Shown piece after piece: positions 8,883 to 18,520 of a stretch of DNA of 32,000 nucleotides (positions within the stretch are counted from its first letter, which is position 1; each line of letters begins with the position of its first letter). Origin of the DNA: Mycolicibacterium smegmatis (GTDB lineage Bacteria > Actinomycetota > Actinomycetes > Mycobacteriales > Mycobacteriaceae). The stretch lies in the NCBI RefSeq assembly GCF_001457595.1, contig NZ_LN831039.1, positions 4,560,001 through 4,592,000 of the forward strand, in the 5' to 3' direction. Made by a program: the position numbers and the translations under genes. The notes under the pieces were generated by a model. That model made no database searches, was not told the DNA's origin, and saw only the letters and a program-made list of their open reading frames with translations.

Positions 8883-10268
8883 TTAGGCGCCCTTGAGACG
8901 CACGGCGAGGTAGTCGGAGACCTTGTCGATCGCGATGCGTTCCTGGGTCATGGCGTCGCGCTCGCGGATGGTCACGGCGTTGTCCTCGAGTGAGTCGAAG
9001 TCGACGGTGACGCAGTACGGCGTGCCGATCTCGTCCTGGCGGCGGTAGCGACGGCCGATCGCGCCTGCGTCGTCGAACTCGACGTTCCAGTTCCTGCGCA
9101 GTTCGGCCGCGAGGTCGCGGGCCTTGGGCGACAGGTCGGCGTGGCGCGACAGCGGCAGCACCGCGGCCTTGACCGGCGCCAGACGCGGATCGAGCTTGAG
9201 CACCGTGCGCTTGTCGACGCCGCCCTTGGCATTGGGGGCCTCGTCCTCGGTGTAGGCGTCGACCAGGAACGCCATGAGCGAGCGGGTCAGGCCGGCTGCG
9301 GGCTCGATGACGTACGGCACGTAACGGGTGTCGGCGGCCTGATCGTAGAACGACAGATCGACGCCGGAATGCTTTGCGTGCGTGGACAGGTCGAAATTCG
9401 TGCGGTTGGCGACGCCTTCGAGCTCACCCCACGGGTTGCCCTGGAAGCCGAACTTGTACTCGATGTCGACGGTGCGGTCGCTGTAGTGCGACAGCTTCTC
9501 CTTGGGGTGCTCGTACAGGCGCAGGTTGTCGCGGTCGATGCCCAGGTCGACGTACCACTGCAGGCGCGTGTCGATCCAGTACTGGTGCCATTCGGCCGCG
9601 GTCGACGGCTCGACGAAGAACTCCATCTCCATCTGCTCGAACTCACGCGTGCGGAAGATGAAGTTGCCCGGGGTGATCTCGTTGCGGAAGCTCTTGCCGA
9701 TCTGGCCGATGCCGAACGGCGGCTTCTTGCGCGCGGTGGTCACCACGTTGGCGAAGTTGACGAAGATGCCCTGCGCGGTCTCGGGCCGCAGGTAGTGCAG
9801 GCCGTCCTCGGACTCGATGGGCCCGAGGTAGGTCTTGAGCATCATGTTGAAGTCACGCGGCTCGGTCCACTGCCCCTTGGTGCCGCAGTCGGGGCAGGAG
9901 ATCTCGCTCATGGGCACCGAGTCGGGATCGTCGATCCCTTTCTTCTCGGCGTACGCCTCCTGCATGTGGTCCTGACGGTGCCGCTTGTGGCAGCTCAGGC
10001 ACTCCACCAGCGGGTCGTTGAACACCTCGACGTGGCCCGAGGCCACCCACACCTGACGCGGCAGGATGATCGCGGAGTCCAGGCCCACGACGTCGTCGCG
10101 GCCCGTGACCACCGACTTCCACCACTGGCGCTTGATGTTCTCCTTGAGTTCGACACCGAGTGGGCCGTAGTCCCACGCGGACTTGGTGCCGCCGTAGATC
10201 TCGCCGGATTGGTAGACCAGGCCGCGGCGTTTCGCCAGGTTCGCAACGGTGTCGATGATGGAAGCCAC
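8883..10268 (-). CDS. glyS: glycine--tRNA ligase (class II, homodimeric type)
   Basis: 461 aa starting [27 protein letters not shown]...; full-length GlyRS-like sequence with a C-terminal anticodon-binding region. Confidence 0.97.
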   Translation of the reverse strand: MASIIDTVANLAKRRGLVYQSGEIYGGTKSAWDYGPLGVELKENIKRQWWKSVVTGRDDVVGLDSAIILPRQVWVASGHVEVFNDPLVECLSCHKRHRQDHMQEAYAEKKGIDDPDSVPMSEISCPDCGTKGQWTEPRDFNMMLKTYLGPIESEDGLHYLRPETAQGIFVNFANVVTTARKKPPFGIGQIGKSFRNEITPGNFIFRTREFEQMEMEFFVEPSTAAEWHQYWIDTRLQWYVDLGIDRDNLRLYEHPKEKLSHYSDRTVDIEYKFGFQGNPWGELEGVANRTNFDLSTHAKHSGVDLSFYDQAADTRYVPYVIEPAAGLTRSLMAFLVDAYTEDEAPNAKGGVDKRTVLKLDPRLAPVKAAVLPLSRHADLSPKARDLAAELRRNWNVEFDDAGAIGRRYRRQDEIGTPYCVTVDFDSLEDNAVTIRERDAMTQERIAIDKVSDYLAVRLKGA

Positions 10269-10349
10269 GGTGCAACAGAGTAGCGAGTTACCGGGGTGAA
10301 ACCCGAACCGCGTGATCGACCGCTCGTCGGACGCGGTTGCGCGGACCCG

Positions 10350-10377
10350 TTGACATGCGAATCAGCGCATGTATTCT
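10350..10377 (+). promoter_or_regulatory. candidate smtB-zur promoter (-35 TTGACA, 16-bp spacer, -10 TATTCT) with dyads embedded in the spacer
   Basis: TTGACA at 10350-10355 and TATTCT at 10372-10377. Dyad ACATGCG (10353-10359) / CGCATGT (10366-10372), and a second dyad ATCAG (10361-10365) / CTGAT (10376-10380). ATG 10386 lies 8 nt after the -10 with no SD, which suggests a leaderless mRNA. Confidence 0.45.
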
Positions 10378-10385
10378 GATCGGTA

Positions 10386-10748
10386 ATGAAAACGATTTCC
10401 AATTTGACCGAACACGGCGAGGCCCACGACCACGCCGGTACCCCGGCACCCGCACTGCCGTCGCGCGACGTGCTGGAGACCGCGGGCGAACTGTTGCGGG
10501 CGCTCGCCGCGCCGCTGCGGATCGCGATCGTTTTGCAGCTGAAGCAGTCACAGCGGTGTGTGCACGAGTTGGTCGACGCGCTCGACGTCCCGCAACCCCT
10601 GGTCAGCCAGCACCTGCGCATCCTCAAGCAGGCTGGCGTGGTGTCGAGTGAGCGGGCAGGCCGCGAGGTGCTCTACCGCCTCGTCGACCATCACCTCGCA
10701 CACATCGTGGTCGACGCGATCGCACACGCCAGCGAGGACCGCAGGTGA
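10386..10748 (+). CDS. smtB: ArsR/SmtB-family metal-responsive transcriptional repressor (Rv2358-like)
   Basis: 120 aa with winged-HTH region RCVHELVDALDVPQPLVSQHLRILKQAGVV. Stop overlaps the start of the downstream Fur-family gene (GTGA). Confidence 0.9.
   Translation: MKTISNLTEHGEAHDHAGTPAPALPSRDVLETAGELLRALAAPLRIAIVLQLKQSQRCVHELVDALDVPQPLVSQHLRILKQAGVVSSERAGREVLYRLVDHHLAHIVVDAIAHASEDRR
10387..10401 (+). promoter_or_regulatory. Zur-box-like AT-rich 7-1-7 dyad TGAAAAC-G-ATTTCCA inside codons 1-6 of smtB
   Basis: Matches 12 of 14 half-site positions of the actinobacterial Zur-box form TGAAAAT-N-ATTTTCA (consensus quoted from memory). The codons here (AAA ACG ATT TCC AAT TTG) are unusually AT-rich for this genome. 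Confidence 0.35.
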
Positions 10749-11164
10749 CCGGCGCGGTCCGCTCGACGCGGCAGCGGGCGGCCATCGCGGACCTGCTCAA
10801 CGAGACCGAGGGCTTCCGCTCGGCACAGGAACTGCACGACGAGCTGCGCCGGCGCGGCGAGGGCATCGGGCTGACGACGGTGTACCGCACACTGCAGGCC
10901 ATGGCCACCGCGGGCGTCGTCGACACGTTGCGCACCGACACCGGTGAGTCGGTGTACCGCCGCTGCTCCGAGCACCATCACCACCACCTGGTGTGCCGGT
11001 CATGCGGATCGACGGTCGAGGTGTCCGGCGGCGACGTCGAGACCTGGGCCGCGCAGGTCGCGCGCGATCACGGGTTCTCCGACGTCAGCCACACGATCGA
11101 GATCTTCGGGGTGTGCGGCGACTGCGTCGATCGGCCCGCCGGGAACCAGCCTCAAACCAGTTGA
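10745..11164 (+). CDS. zur: Fur-family zinc uptake regulator
   Basis: 139 aa. DNA-binding region GLTTVYRTLQAMATAGVV and metal sites HHHHHLVCRSCG and CGDC. 4-nt overlap with smtB, as in the Rv2358-Rv2359 operon. Confidence 0.9.
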   Translation: MTGAVRSTRQRAAIADLLNETEGFRSAQELHDELRRRGEGIGLTTVYRTLQAMATAGVVDTLRTDTGESVYRRCSEHHHHHLVCRSCGSTVEVSGGDVETWAAQVARDHGFSDVSHTIEIFGVCGDCVDRPAGNQPQTS

Positions 11165-11168
11165 GGAA

Positions 11169-11573
11169 CTAGACGAGCTCGCGCGCGAGCGCCAGCACTG
11201 TGTCGCGCGTCAGCGGCGCCAGTTCCACATCACCGGGCGAAGCCGGATCGACCCACGCCATCTCCTCGATCTCGGCCGCAGCGGCCGGCGTGCCGTGCAA
11301 CCGCACGAGGTACAGGTACGCGTCGACGGTGTGGCCGGGTTCGTTGGCGGCGACCGCGTGATGACGTCCCAGGGAGCGCACCGACATCGGGTCCACCGCG
11401 GTGCCCAACTCCTCGACAACCTCGCGTTGCAGTGCGGCCAGCGGCTGCTCCCCCGGTTCGATCTTGCCGCCCGGCTGCATGAACGCCGTCGTCCCGCGCT
11501 TGCGGACGACGAGCACGTGGCCGTCGTCGTCGAGCACCACGGCCGCCACGATCCGCAGGACCGGATCGGTCAC
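11169..11573 (-). CDS. Nudix hydrolase
   Basis: Track ORF 11169..11858 trimmed to GTG 11573, which overlaps the upstream stop as GTGA. Nudix box GGKIEPGEQPLAALQREVVEELG. The discarded 5' extension is Arg/Gly-rich junk overlapping the upstream gene. Confidence 0.85.
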   Translation of the reverse strand: MTDPVLRIVAAVVLDDDGHVLVVRKRGTTAFMQPGGKIEPGEQPLAALQREVVEELGTAVDPMSVRSLGRHHAVAANEPGHTVDAYLYLVRLHGTPAAAAEIEEMAWVDPASPGDVELAPLTRDTVLALARELV

Positions 11574-12025
11574 GACGTGAGGTCCCGGCGCACGTCGGCA
11601 CCGGTTTCCAGCACCATGAGGATCAGCGTGCGCAGCGCGTCGTCGGTGAGCCCGGCGGCCGGGAAGTTGTACCGCAGCATGACGTCCGCGACCTTCTTGG
11701 TGGAGCCCTTGCGCGTCGTGGTCTTGGGTCCCGTGCCGTTGACCGGCGTCGCGGGCCCGTCGGCCGCCTTCTCCACCAACACCACCGACCCGAGCATCGT
11801 GCGGTTCGCGTGACCGGCCACGCGTTCGCGAATCTTGTTGTTCAGCGGCAGATCCCACGCGAGCGGCTGCGTCAGCGACACCATCTCCAGGTCCTCGGCG
11901 ATCGCGACGACACGCACCAGGGCGACCGAACCCTCGGACGTGATGGTCAGCGCGCCGTCGGCCTCTTCGGCGACCGACATCACCTCGGCCAGCACCGTGG
12001 ACAACCGTTGCAGCAGACCTGGCAT
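11570..12025 (-). CDS. conserved hypothetical protein (Rv2360c-like; possibly YbjN-like fold)
   Basis: ATG 12025 is preceded by GAGGGGG 8 nt upstream; GTG 12034 is the alternative start. High GC3 and conserved position between uppS and the Nudix gene. The fold assignment is from memory only. Confidence 0.7.
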   Translation of the reverse strand: MPGLLQRLSTVLAEVMSVAEEADGALTITSEGSVALVRVVAIAEDLEMVSLTQPLAWDLPLNNKIRERVAGHANRTMLGSVVLVEKAADGPATPVNGTGPKTTTRKGSTKKVADVMLRYNFPAAGLTDDALRTLILMVLETGADVRRDLTS

Positions 12026-12038
12026 CGCGTTCACCCCC

Positions 12039-12920
12039 TCACGCCCGGCCGAAGCGCCGGTTGCGATTGACGTACTCCTCGCATGCCGCCCACAGATCGC
12101 GCCGGTCGTAGTCCGGCCACAGCTTGTCCTGGAACACGTACTCGGCGTAGGCCGCCTGCCACAGCAGAAAGTTACTGGCCCGCTGTTCGCCCGACGTGCG
12201 GATGAACAGGTCGACGTCGGGGATGTCGGCGCGGTGCAGGTGCTTGGCGAACATGGCCTCGCTGATGCGGGCCGGGTTGATCTTTCCGTCCACGGCCTCC
12301 TGCGCCAACGCGCGTGCGGCCTCGACGATCTCGGTGCGGCCGCCGTAGTTGACGCAGTAGTTGATCGTGATGACGTCGTTGTCCACGGTCATCTGCTCGG
12401 CGATGTCGAACTCTTTGATGACACTGCGCCACATACGCGGCCGCGAGCCGACCCAGCGCATCCGCACGCCCATGTCGTTGAGGTTCTCGCGGCGGCGGCG
12501 CACCACCTCACGGTTGAACCCCATGAGGAACCGGACCTCCTCGGTGCTGCGCTTCCAGTTCTCGGTGGAGAACGCGTAGACCGTCAGGTGCTTGATGCCG
12601 ATCTCGATGGCGCCGCACGTGATGTCGATGAGCACCGCCTCACCCATCTTGTGCCCCTCGGTGCGGCCCAGGCCGCGCTGCGTGGCCCAGCGGCCGTTGC
12701 CGTCCATCACCACCGCGACGTGGTTGGGCACCTGGTCCGCCGGGATTTTCGGCGCGGCGGCCTTGGAGGTGTGTTGCGGCGGACGCGCGAAGCGACCGTT
12801 GGTGCCCGCCGGGATCTCGGGGAAGACGACGGGCCAGGTCGACTTGTCCGGGAAGGTCGGATAGTCGTCAGGCGCCGGAGGCAGTTGCGGGTAGGTCTTC
12901 TTGCCCCGTGTGGTTGCCAT
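12039..12920 (-). CDS. uppS: (Z)-prenyl / decaprenyl diphosphate synthase (UppS family)
   Basis: Track ORF trimmed to ATG 12920 ([25 protein letters not shown], matching the remembered Rv2361c N-terminus). Motifs [17 protein letters not shown] and [15 protein letters not shown]. Confidence 0.95.
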   Translation of the reverse strand: MATTRGKKTYPQLPPAPDDYPTFPDKSTWPVVFPEIPAGTNGRFARPPQHTSKAAAPKIPADQVPNHVAVVMDGNGRWATQRGLGRTEGHKMGEAVLIDITCGAIEIGIKHLTVYAFSTENWKRSTEEVRFLMGFNREVVRRRRENLNDMGVRMRWVGSRPRMWRSVIKEFDIAEQMTVDNDVITINYCVNYGGRTEIVEAARALAQEAVDGKINPARISEAMFAKHLHRADIPDVDLFIRTSGEQRASNFLLWQAAYAEYVFQDKLWPDYDRRDLWAACEEYVNRNRRFGRA

Positions 12921-13710
12921 GCGCCATATCCTGCCTGACCAGCGCTGCGCGTTGCTCGGCGACCGTCCTGTCGACGCGGTACCCGCGCTCGACCAGAGGC
13001 AATGTGCGCAGTTGACGCTCCAGATGCCATTGCAGGTGTGCGGCGATGAGCCCGCTGGCCTGGCTGCGGTGCGGCGGTGTCGAGGATTCGGCGTACTCCC
13101 AGTCACCGTCGTGCAGCGCCGACATCAACTCGAGGACCGCCTGCGGCGGGGTGCTCGACCCGCTGGGCCTGCAGTGCACGCACACGCTGCCGCCCGCGGC
13201 GACATGGAACGCCCGGTGCGGTCCTGGCGCGGCGCAGCGCGCGCACTCGGTCAGCGCGGGCGCCCAGCCTGCGATGGCCATCGCCCGCAGCAGATAGGAG
13301 TCGAGCACGAGTTCGCGAGCCCGTGCGCCGTCGGCGATCGCCCGCAGTGCCGCCACGGTCAGCCGGTGCAGTGCCGGCATCGGCGCACGCTCCTCGCCGG
13401 CCAGCCGCTCGGCGGTCTCCAGCATCGCGCAGGCGGTGGTGTACCGCCCGTAGTCACTGACGATGTCGGCGGCAAACGCGTCGATGGCCTGAACCTGGGT
13501 GACGATGTCGAGATTGCGGCCCGGATGCAATTGCACATCGATATGAGCAAACGGTTCGAGTCGAGCGCCGAACTTGCTGCGGGTACGGCGGACCCCCTTG
13601 GCCACCGCGCGGACCAACCCATGGTCGCGGGTGAGCAGGGTGACGATCCGGTCGGCCTCGCCAAGCTTGTGCTGACGCAGTACCACCGCCCGGTCACGGT
13701 ACAGCCGCAT
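12868..13710 (-). CDS. recO: DNA repair protein RecO
   Basis: 280 aa starting [27 protein letters not shown], with a Cys4 zinc site CARC...CVHC. The 3' end overlaps uppS by 53 nt. Confidence 0.93.
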   Translation of the reverse strand: MRLYRDRAVVLRQHKLGEADRIVTLLTRDHGLVRAVAKGVRRTRSKFGARLEPFAHIDVQLHPGRNLDIVTQVQAIDAFAADIVSDYGRYTTACAMLETAERLAGEERAPMPALHRLTVAALRAIADGARARELVLDSYLLRAMAIAGWAPALTECARCAAPGPHRAFHVAAGGSVCVHCRPSGSSTPPQAVLELMSALHDGDWEYAESSTPPHRSQASGLIAAHLQWHLERQLRTLPLVERGYRVDRTVAEQRAALVRQDMAHGNHTGQEDLPATASGA

Positions 13711-13773
13711 GCGAACAGTCTTGCACCGTGGCCTGACAAGGCCCGACTCGCACCGCCGATATCCTCGAAAGTG

Positions 13774-15363
13774 ATGGGAAAATCAACGGCTTGCGACTCG
13801 ACGTTCCCGACGCTGACCAATCAGCTGTACCAACTCGCCAGCGGTGCCATCACTTCCGACGAGCTGGTACGGCGATCGCTGCATGCGATCAACGCGAGCC
13901 AGTCGACCCTCAACGCGTTCCGCGTGGTCCTCACCGAACAGGCGCTCGCCGACGCGGCCAAGGCCGACCGTGACCGTGCGGCCGGCAAACAGCTCCCGCT
14001 GCTGGGGGTGCCGATCGCGGTCAAGGACGACGTCGACATCGCCGGAGTGCCCACCCGGTTCGGCACGGAAGGCGACGGCCGGGTGGCCGAGGCCGACTCG
14101 GAGGTGGTGCGCAGGCTGCGCGCCGCGGGCGCGGTGATCGTCGGCAAGACCAACACGTGTGAGCTCGGGCAGTGGCATTTCACCAGCGGCCCAGGGTTCG
14201 GGCACACCCGCAACCCGTGGTCGCGCAAGCACACGCCGGGCGGCTCCTCGGGCGGCAGTGCGGCCGCGGTCGCCGCGGGCCTGGTGGCGGCGGCCATCGG
14301 TTCCGACGGTGCGGGCAGCGTCCGGATCCCGGCGGCGTGGACCCATCTGGTGGGCATCAAACCGCAGCGCGGACGCATCTCGACGTGGCCGCAGCCCGAG
14401 GCGTTCAACGGCGTCACCGTGCACGGTGTGCTGGCCCGCACCGTCGTCGACGCGGCGCTGGTGCTCGACGCGGCCTCGGGAAACGCCGACGGCGACCTGC
14501 ACAAGCCGGCGCCGATCCAGGCGTCCGACTATGTCGGGGTCGCACCGGGCCCGCTGCGCATCGCGATGTCGACGAAGATCCCGTTCACGGGTGTCCACGC
14601 GAAGATCCACCCCGAGATCCTCGCGGCCCTGCAGACGATCGCCGACCACCTCGGCGAACTCGGCCACACCGTGAAGGCCAAGGACCCGAACTACAGCATG
14701 CGGATGTCGTGGGACTTCCTGTCGCGCTCGACCGCGGGCCTGCTCGACTGGGACGACCGGCTCGACACCGCCGGCCACGGCATCGTCTACGACCAACGCA
14801 CCGTCGCCAACATGCGCATCGGTCGGCTGCTTTCGCAGAACGTGCTGCGCAAGGCGCGCGCCCACGAGGCCGCTGTGCAGCGGCGCATGTCGTGGATCTT
14901 CAACCTCGTCGACGTCATCATCGCGCCGACCACCGCCCAGCCGCCGCCACCGGTGCACGAATGCGACCGGCTCGGGTGGCTCGCGACCGAGCGCAAGGCG
15001 ATTGCGGCGTGTCCGCTGACGTGGGCGTGGAACCTGCTGGGCTGGCCGTCGATCAACGTCCCGGCCGGCTTCACCTCCGACGGGTTGCCGATCGGCGTGC
15101 AGCTCATGGGCCCGGCCGAGAGTGAACCGCTGCTGATCTCGCTGGCCGCCGAACTCGAGGCCATCACCGGCTGGGCCGCCAAAGAGCCTGCGGTGTGGTG
15201 GAACACCCCCGAGGGGCGCGGCCTGCAGACCGTTGCCGAGGTCACCACGCAACGGGTCACCGAGCCCGAGGATGAGCAGGCGGCTGTCATGACCGCCGAC
15301 GAGCGCCAGGAGCCCCGCGACGACGTGTCGCAGGCCGTCGCCGCGGTCAACGCGTTGCGCTGA
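13774..15363 (+). CDS. amiA2: amidase-signature enzyme (AmiA2/Rv2363-like)
   Basis: The real part of track ORF 12901..15363. Starts at ATG 13774 or at GTG 13771, which sits 5 nt after a TATCCT -10-like hexamer (possible leaderless start). Catalytic Lys context IAVKDDVD and AS signature GGSSGGSAAAVAAG. The upstream 290 codons are antisense to recO and were rejected. Confidence 0.9.
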   Translation: MGKSTACDSTFPTLTNQLYQLASGAITSDELVRRSLHAINASQSTLNAFRVVLTEQALADAAKADRDRAAGKQLPLLGVPIAVKDDVDIAGVPTRFGTEGDGRVAEADSEVVRRLRAAGAVIVGKTNTCELGQWHFTSGPGFGHTRNPWSRKHTPGGSSGGSAAAVAAGLVAAAIGSDGAGSVRIPAAWTHLVGIKPQRGRISTWPQPEAFNGVTVHGVLARTVVDAALVLDAASGNADGDLHKPAPIQASDYVGVAPGPLRIAMSTKIPFTGVHAKIHPEILAALQTIADHLGELGHTVKAKDPNYSMRMSWDFLSRSTAGLLDWDDRLDTAGHGIVYDQRTVANMRIGRLLSQNVLRKARAHEAAVQRRMSWIFNLVDVIIAPTTAQPPPPVHECDRLGWLATERKAIAACPLTWAWNLLGWPSINVPAGFTSDGLPIGVQLMGPAESEPLLISLAAELEAITGWAAKEPAVWWNTPEGRGLQTVAEVTTQRVTEPEDEQAAVMTADERQEPRDDVSQAVAAVNALR

Positions 15364-15394
15364 TCCACCTCACGCGGATCTGGCAAAGGTGAGG

Positions 15395-16294
15395 CTAGAA
15401 GCCCAGCTTGCCCAACTGTTTGGGATCGCGCTGCCAGTTCTTGGCGATCTTGACCCGAAGGTCGAGGTAAACCTTTGTGCCGAGCAGCTTTTCGATCTGC
15501 TTGCGGGCCGCGGTGCCGACCTCGCGCAGGCGGGCCCCGCCCTTGCCGATCACGATGCCCTTCTGGCTGTCGCGCTCGACGTAGAGAATCGCGTGCACGT
15601 CGATCAGGTCGTCGCGGTCCTCCCGTTGTGACACCTCGTCGATGACGACGGCCAGCGAGTGCGGCAGTTCGTCGCGCACGCCTTCGAGTGCGGCCTCGCG
15701 GATGAGCTCGGCCATGAGCACTTCCTCGGGCTCGTCGGTGAGCTCACCGTCGGGATAGTAGGCCGGCCCCGGGGGCAGCTGAGACACCAGGACATTCGTC
15801 AGGACGTCGAGTTGCTCCCCTGAGGTCGCCGACACCGGCACGATCTCGGCGTCGGGCCCCATGAGCTCGCTCACCGCGAGCAGTTGCGCGGCCACTCGGT
15901 CCTTGGGCACCTTGTCGATCTTGGTGACGATGCCGATCAACGTGGTCCTGGGCGCCACGGCGCGGATCTGCTGATAGATCCACCGGTCGCCGGGCCCGAT
16001 GGCCTCGTCGGCGGGAATGCACATGCCGATGACGTCGACCTCGGAGTAGGTGTCCTTGACCAGATCGTTGAGCCGCTGACCCAGCAGCGTGCGCGGCCTG
16101 TGCAGGCCCGGGGTGTCGACGAGGATGATCTGGAAATCCTCGCGGTGCACGATGCCGCGGATGGTGTGCCGCGTGGTCTGCGGGCGGTTCGACGTGATCG
16201 CGACCTTCTGACCCACCAGGGCATTGGTCAGCGTCGACTTGCCGGTGTTCGGCCTGCCGACGAAACACACGAAGCCGGAACGGAATTCAGTCAA
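15395..16294 (-). CDS. era: GTPase Era
   Basis: G1 GRPNTGKST, G3 DTPG, G4 TKID, and a C-terminal KH domain. TTG 16294 is preferred: it gives MTEF as remembered for Mtb Era and sits 6 nt after GGGG. TTG 16300 is the track start. Confidence 0.95.
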   Translation of the reverse strand: MTEFRSGFVCFVGRPNTGKSTLTNALVGQKVAITSNRPQTTRHTIRGIVHREDFQIILVDTPGLHRPRTLLGQRLNDLVKDTYSEVDVIGMCIPADEAIGPGDRWIYQQIRAVAPRTTLIGIVTKIDKVPKDRVAAQLLAVSELMGPDAEIVPVSATSGEQLDVLTNVLVSQLPPGPAYYPDGELTDEPEEVLMAELIREAALEGVRDELPHSLAVVIDEVSQREDRDDLIDVHAILYVERDSQKGIVIGKGGARLREVGTAARKQIEKLLGTKVYLDLRVKIAKNWQRDPKQLGKLGF

Positions 16295-16306
16295 CGCCAA
16301 CCCCTG

Positions 16307-16624
16307 TCATACCGGCGCACCCGCCCGATCGGTGACGATCACCGTGGCGTCGGCCGAAAGTTCTTTCACCGCGGCGACTCCGGCGTCGTCGCCCGAACCG
16401 CCCACCAGGACCGCGGCCTCGATTCCCGTCGCACCGCTGGAGACCGCGGCGGCCACCGCGGACTGCAGCGCGGTGAGCTGCAGCGCGGCCAGTGTCACCG
16501 GCGCGCCGGCATACGTGCGGCCGTCCTGATCGCGCACCGCGGCGCCCGATCCGGCCTCGGCGCGCGCCATCGCCCCTCGGGCGAGCACGACGAGCTTGGC
16601 GTCCTCGGCGTCGAGTTCACTCAT
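16307..16624 (-). CDS. cytidine-deaminase-fold protein lacking the zinc/catalytic motifs (Rv2365c-like)
   Basis: Track ORF trimmed to ATG 16624, preceded by AGGAGGAGAAAAGG. The 105-aa product aligns by eye to B. subtilis Cdd (sequence quoted from memory): [17 protein letters not shown] versus GAALLTKDGKVYRGCNIEN. The C/H-A-E motif is replaced by TAL and the PCxxC motif is absent. Confidence 0.8.
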   Translation of the reverse strand: MSELDAEDAKLVVLARGAMARAEAGSGAAVRDQDGRTYAGAPVTLAALQLTALQSAVAAAVSSGATGIEAAVLVGGSGDDAGVAAVKELSADATVIVTDRAGAPV

Positions 16625-17987
16625 CCTTTTCTCCTCCTCGCGAGCGATCGCCCCTGTCGCCTCGGCGCGTGCGGCCACTGTTCTCATCGCCCGGCACGGT
16701 GTGCAACTCGGGCTCGACGGGTTCGGTGGGGCACACCAGCACGGTGTTGATGCGGACCCGGCCGCGGTGGTCGGGGCCGCCCTCGGCACGCAGGCGTAGC
16801 CCTTCCCAGGTCACCTCGGCGCCGGGCAGCGGAACACGGCCCAGCTCGAAGGCCATCAGCCCGCCGACGGTGTCGACGTCGAGATCCTCGTCGAGTTCGA
16901 GTTCGTAGAGTTCGGCGAGGTCTTCGATCGGCAGCCGCGCGGACACACGGTAGATGTGGTCGTCGATCTCGTCGACCGGGGCCACCTCGTCGGTGTCGTA
17001 CTCGTCGGCGATCTCACCGACGATCTCCTCCAGCACGTCTTCGATCGTCACCAGCCCAGCCGTCGCGCCGTATTCGTCGACCAGCAGGGCCATGTGGTTG
17101 CGGTCGCGCTGCATCTCGCTGAGCAGTTCGTCGAGCGGCTTGGAATCCGGCACGAACACCGCCGGACGCATCACCTGCGCGACCGTGGTGTCGCGTCCCC
17201 CGTTGGTGGAGTAGTACGTCTGCTGCACAAGGTCTTTGAGGTAGACCACGCCGACGATGTCGTCGACGTTCTCACCGATCACCGGGATCCGGGAATGGCC
17301 GCTGCGCACCGCGAGCGACGTGGCCTGGCCCGCGGTCTTGTCGGCCTCGATCCACACCATCTCGGTGCGCGGCACCATCACCTCGCGTGCGGCGGTGTCA
17401 CCGAGTTCGAACACCGACTGGATCATCCGGCGCTCCTCGTCGGCCACCACGCCGCGCTGCTGCGCGAGGTCCACGACCTCACGCAGTTCGATCTCGGACG
17501 CGAACGGCCCGTTGCGGAAACCACGGCCGGGGGTGAGCGCGTTGCCGAGCAGCACCAGCAGGCGGCTGATCGGGGTCAGCAGCACCGAGAGCGCCTGCAG
17601 CGGGATGGCCGACATCAACGCGATGGAGTAGGCGTTCTGCCTGCCCACGGTCCTGGGACCGACACCCATCGCGACGAAGCTCGTGACGACCATGATGGCC
17701 GCGGCGGTGACCAGGCCCCAGCTGACGCCGAGGAGCCCGTCGAGGATCGACGCCAGCAGCACCGTGGCGGTGACCTCGCAGATGATCCGCAGCAGCACAA
17801 CAAGATTGATGTAGCGGGGACGCTCGGCGACCACCGTCGCCAGACGTGCGGCGCCGGGACGTTCGTCGCGCACCAGTTCGTCGATGCGGGCGATCGAAAC
17901 CGTGGACAACGCCGCGTCGATGGCCGCGAACAGACCGCCGAAGACCACCAGGGTGATCACGCCGATCAGCGGTAGGAGTCCGGTCAC
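16617..17987 (-). CDS. CNNM/CorC-type membrane protein (DUF21 + CBS pair + CorC_HlyC; Rv2366c-like)
   Basis: Track ORF trimmed to GTG 17987, which overlaps the ybeY stop as GTGA. N-terminal TM helices, then a CBS pair, then the transporter-associated domain. The discarded extension is Arg-rich and overlaps ybeY. Confidence 0.9.
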   Translation of the reverse strand: MTGLLPLIGVITLVVFGGLFAAIDAALSTVSIARIDELVRDERPGAARLATVVAERPRYINLVVLLRIICEVTATVLLASILDGLLGVSWGLVTAAAIMVVTSFVAMGVGPRTVGRQNAYSIALMSAIPLQALSVLLTPISRLLVLLGNALTPGRGFRNGPFASEIELREVVDLAQQRGVVADEERRMIQSVFELGDTAAREVMVPRTEMVWIEADKTAGQATSLAVRSGHSRIPVIGENVDDIVGVVYLKDLVQQTYYSTNGGRDTTVAQVMRPAVFVPDSKPLDELLSEMQRDRNHMALLVDEYGATAGLVTIEDVLEEIVGEIADEYDTDEVAPVDEIDDHIYRVSARLPIEDLAELYELELDEDLDVDTVGGLMAFELGRVPLPGAEVTWEGLRLRAEGGPDHRGRVRINTVLVCPTEPVEPELHTVPGDENSGRTRRGDRGDRSRGGEKDE

Positions 17988-18520
17988 GGTTCGTCGAAGT
18001 ATCGGGACTTGTCCAGCAGCCGTCGATCTTTCTCGCTCTGCCGGTCGGCGTGGTAGGCCTCGACCTGATCGGCCACCCATTCCTCCAGCAGCTGACGCTG
18101 CAGGGCGAACATCTCTTTTTCCTCGTCCGGCTCGGCGTGGTCGTACCCGAGCAGGTGCAGCACACCGTGCACGGTCAGCAGCGCCAGCTCGTGGCCCAGC
18201 GAATGCCCGGCCTTGGCGGCCTGTTGTTCGGCGAACTCGGGGCACAGCACGATGTCACCGAGCATCGCCGGACCCGGCTCGGGCGCATCCGGACGTCCGC
18301 CCGGCTCGAGCTCGTCCATCGGGAAGCTCATGACATCGGTGGGACCGGGCAGGTCCATCCACCGCATGTGCAGATCGGCCATCGCGGCGCTGTCGAGCAG
18401 CACCATCGACAGCTCGGCGGCGGGATGGACGTCCATCTTCTCGATGACGAACCGCGCGACGCTGATCAGCTCGGGTTCGGAGACGTCGTAACCCGATTCG
18501 TTGGAGACCTCGATGCTCAT
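17984..18520 (-). CDS. ybeY: rRNA maturation endoribonuclease YbeY
   Basis: 178 aa with the zinc motif [15 protein letters not shown] overlap with phoH. Confidence 0.95.
   Translation of the reverse strand: MSIEVSNESGYDVSEPELISVARFVIEKMDVHPAAELSMVLLDSAAMADLHMRWMDLPGPTDVMSFPMDELEPGGRPDAPEPGPAMLGDIVLCPEFAEQQAAKAGHSLGHELALLTVHGVLHLLGYDHAEPDEEKEMFALQRQLLEEWVADQVEAYHADRQSEKDRRLLDKSRYFDEP

Noticed and set aside
9141-10283. 380-aa plus-strand ORF
   Set aside because: It is antisense to glyS and has a repetitive Val/Gly/Asp/Leu/His-rich (VDLGHR-type) composition typical of reverse-frame artefacts.
10269-10349. T-box or other riboswitch leader for glyS
   Set aside because: Only about 80 nt is available, and it is shared with the divergent smtB promoter. 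That is too short for a T-box, and no specifier or antiterminator features were seen.
12901-13773. N-terminal 290 codons of the 820-aa ORF 12901..15363
   Set aside because: This stretch is antisense to recO and has junk composition. The amidase homology begins only at MGKSTACDS (13774), which has its own promoter-like context.
16625-16789. 5' extensions of track ORFs (also 17988-18245, 22237-22449, 12921-13106, 11574-11858, 26531-26617, 30979-31005)
   Set aside because: Each extension overlaps the 3' end of the upstream gene in another frame and is Arg/Pro-rich. Each is superseded by an internal start with ATGA/GTGA coupling or an SD sequence.
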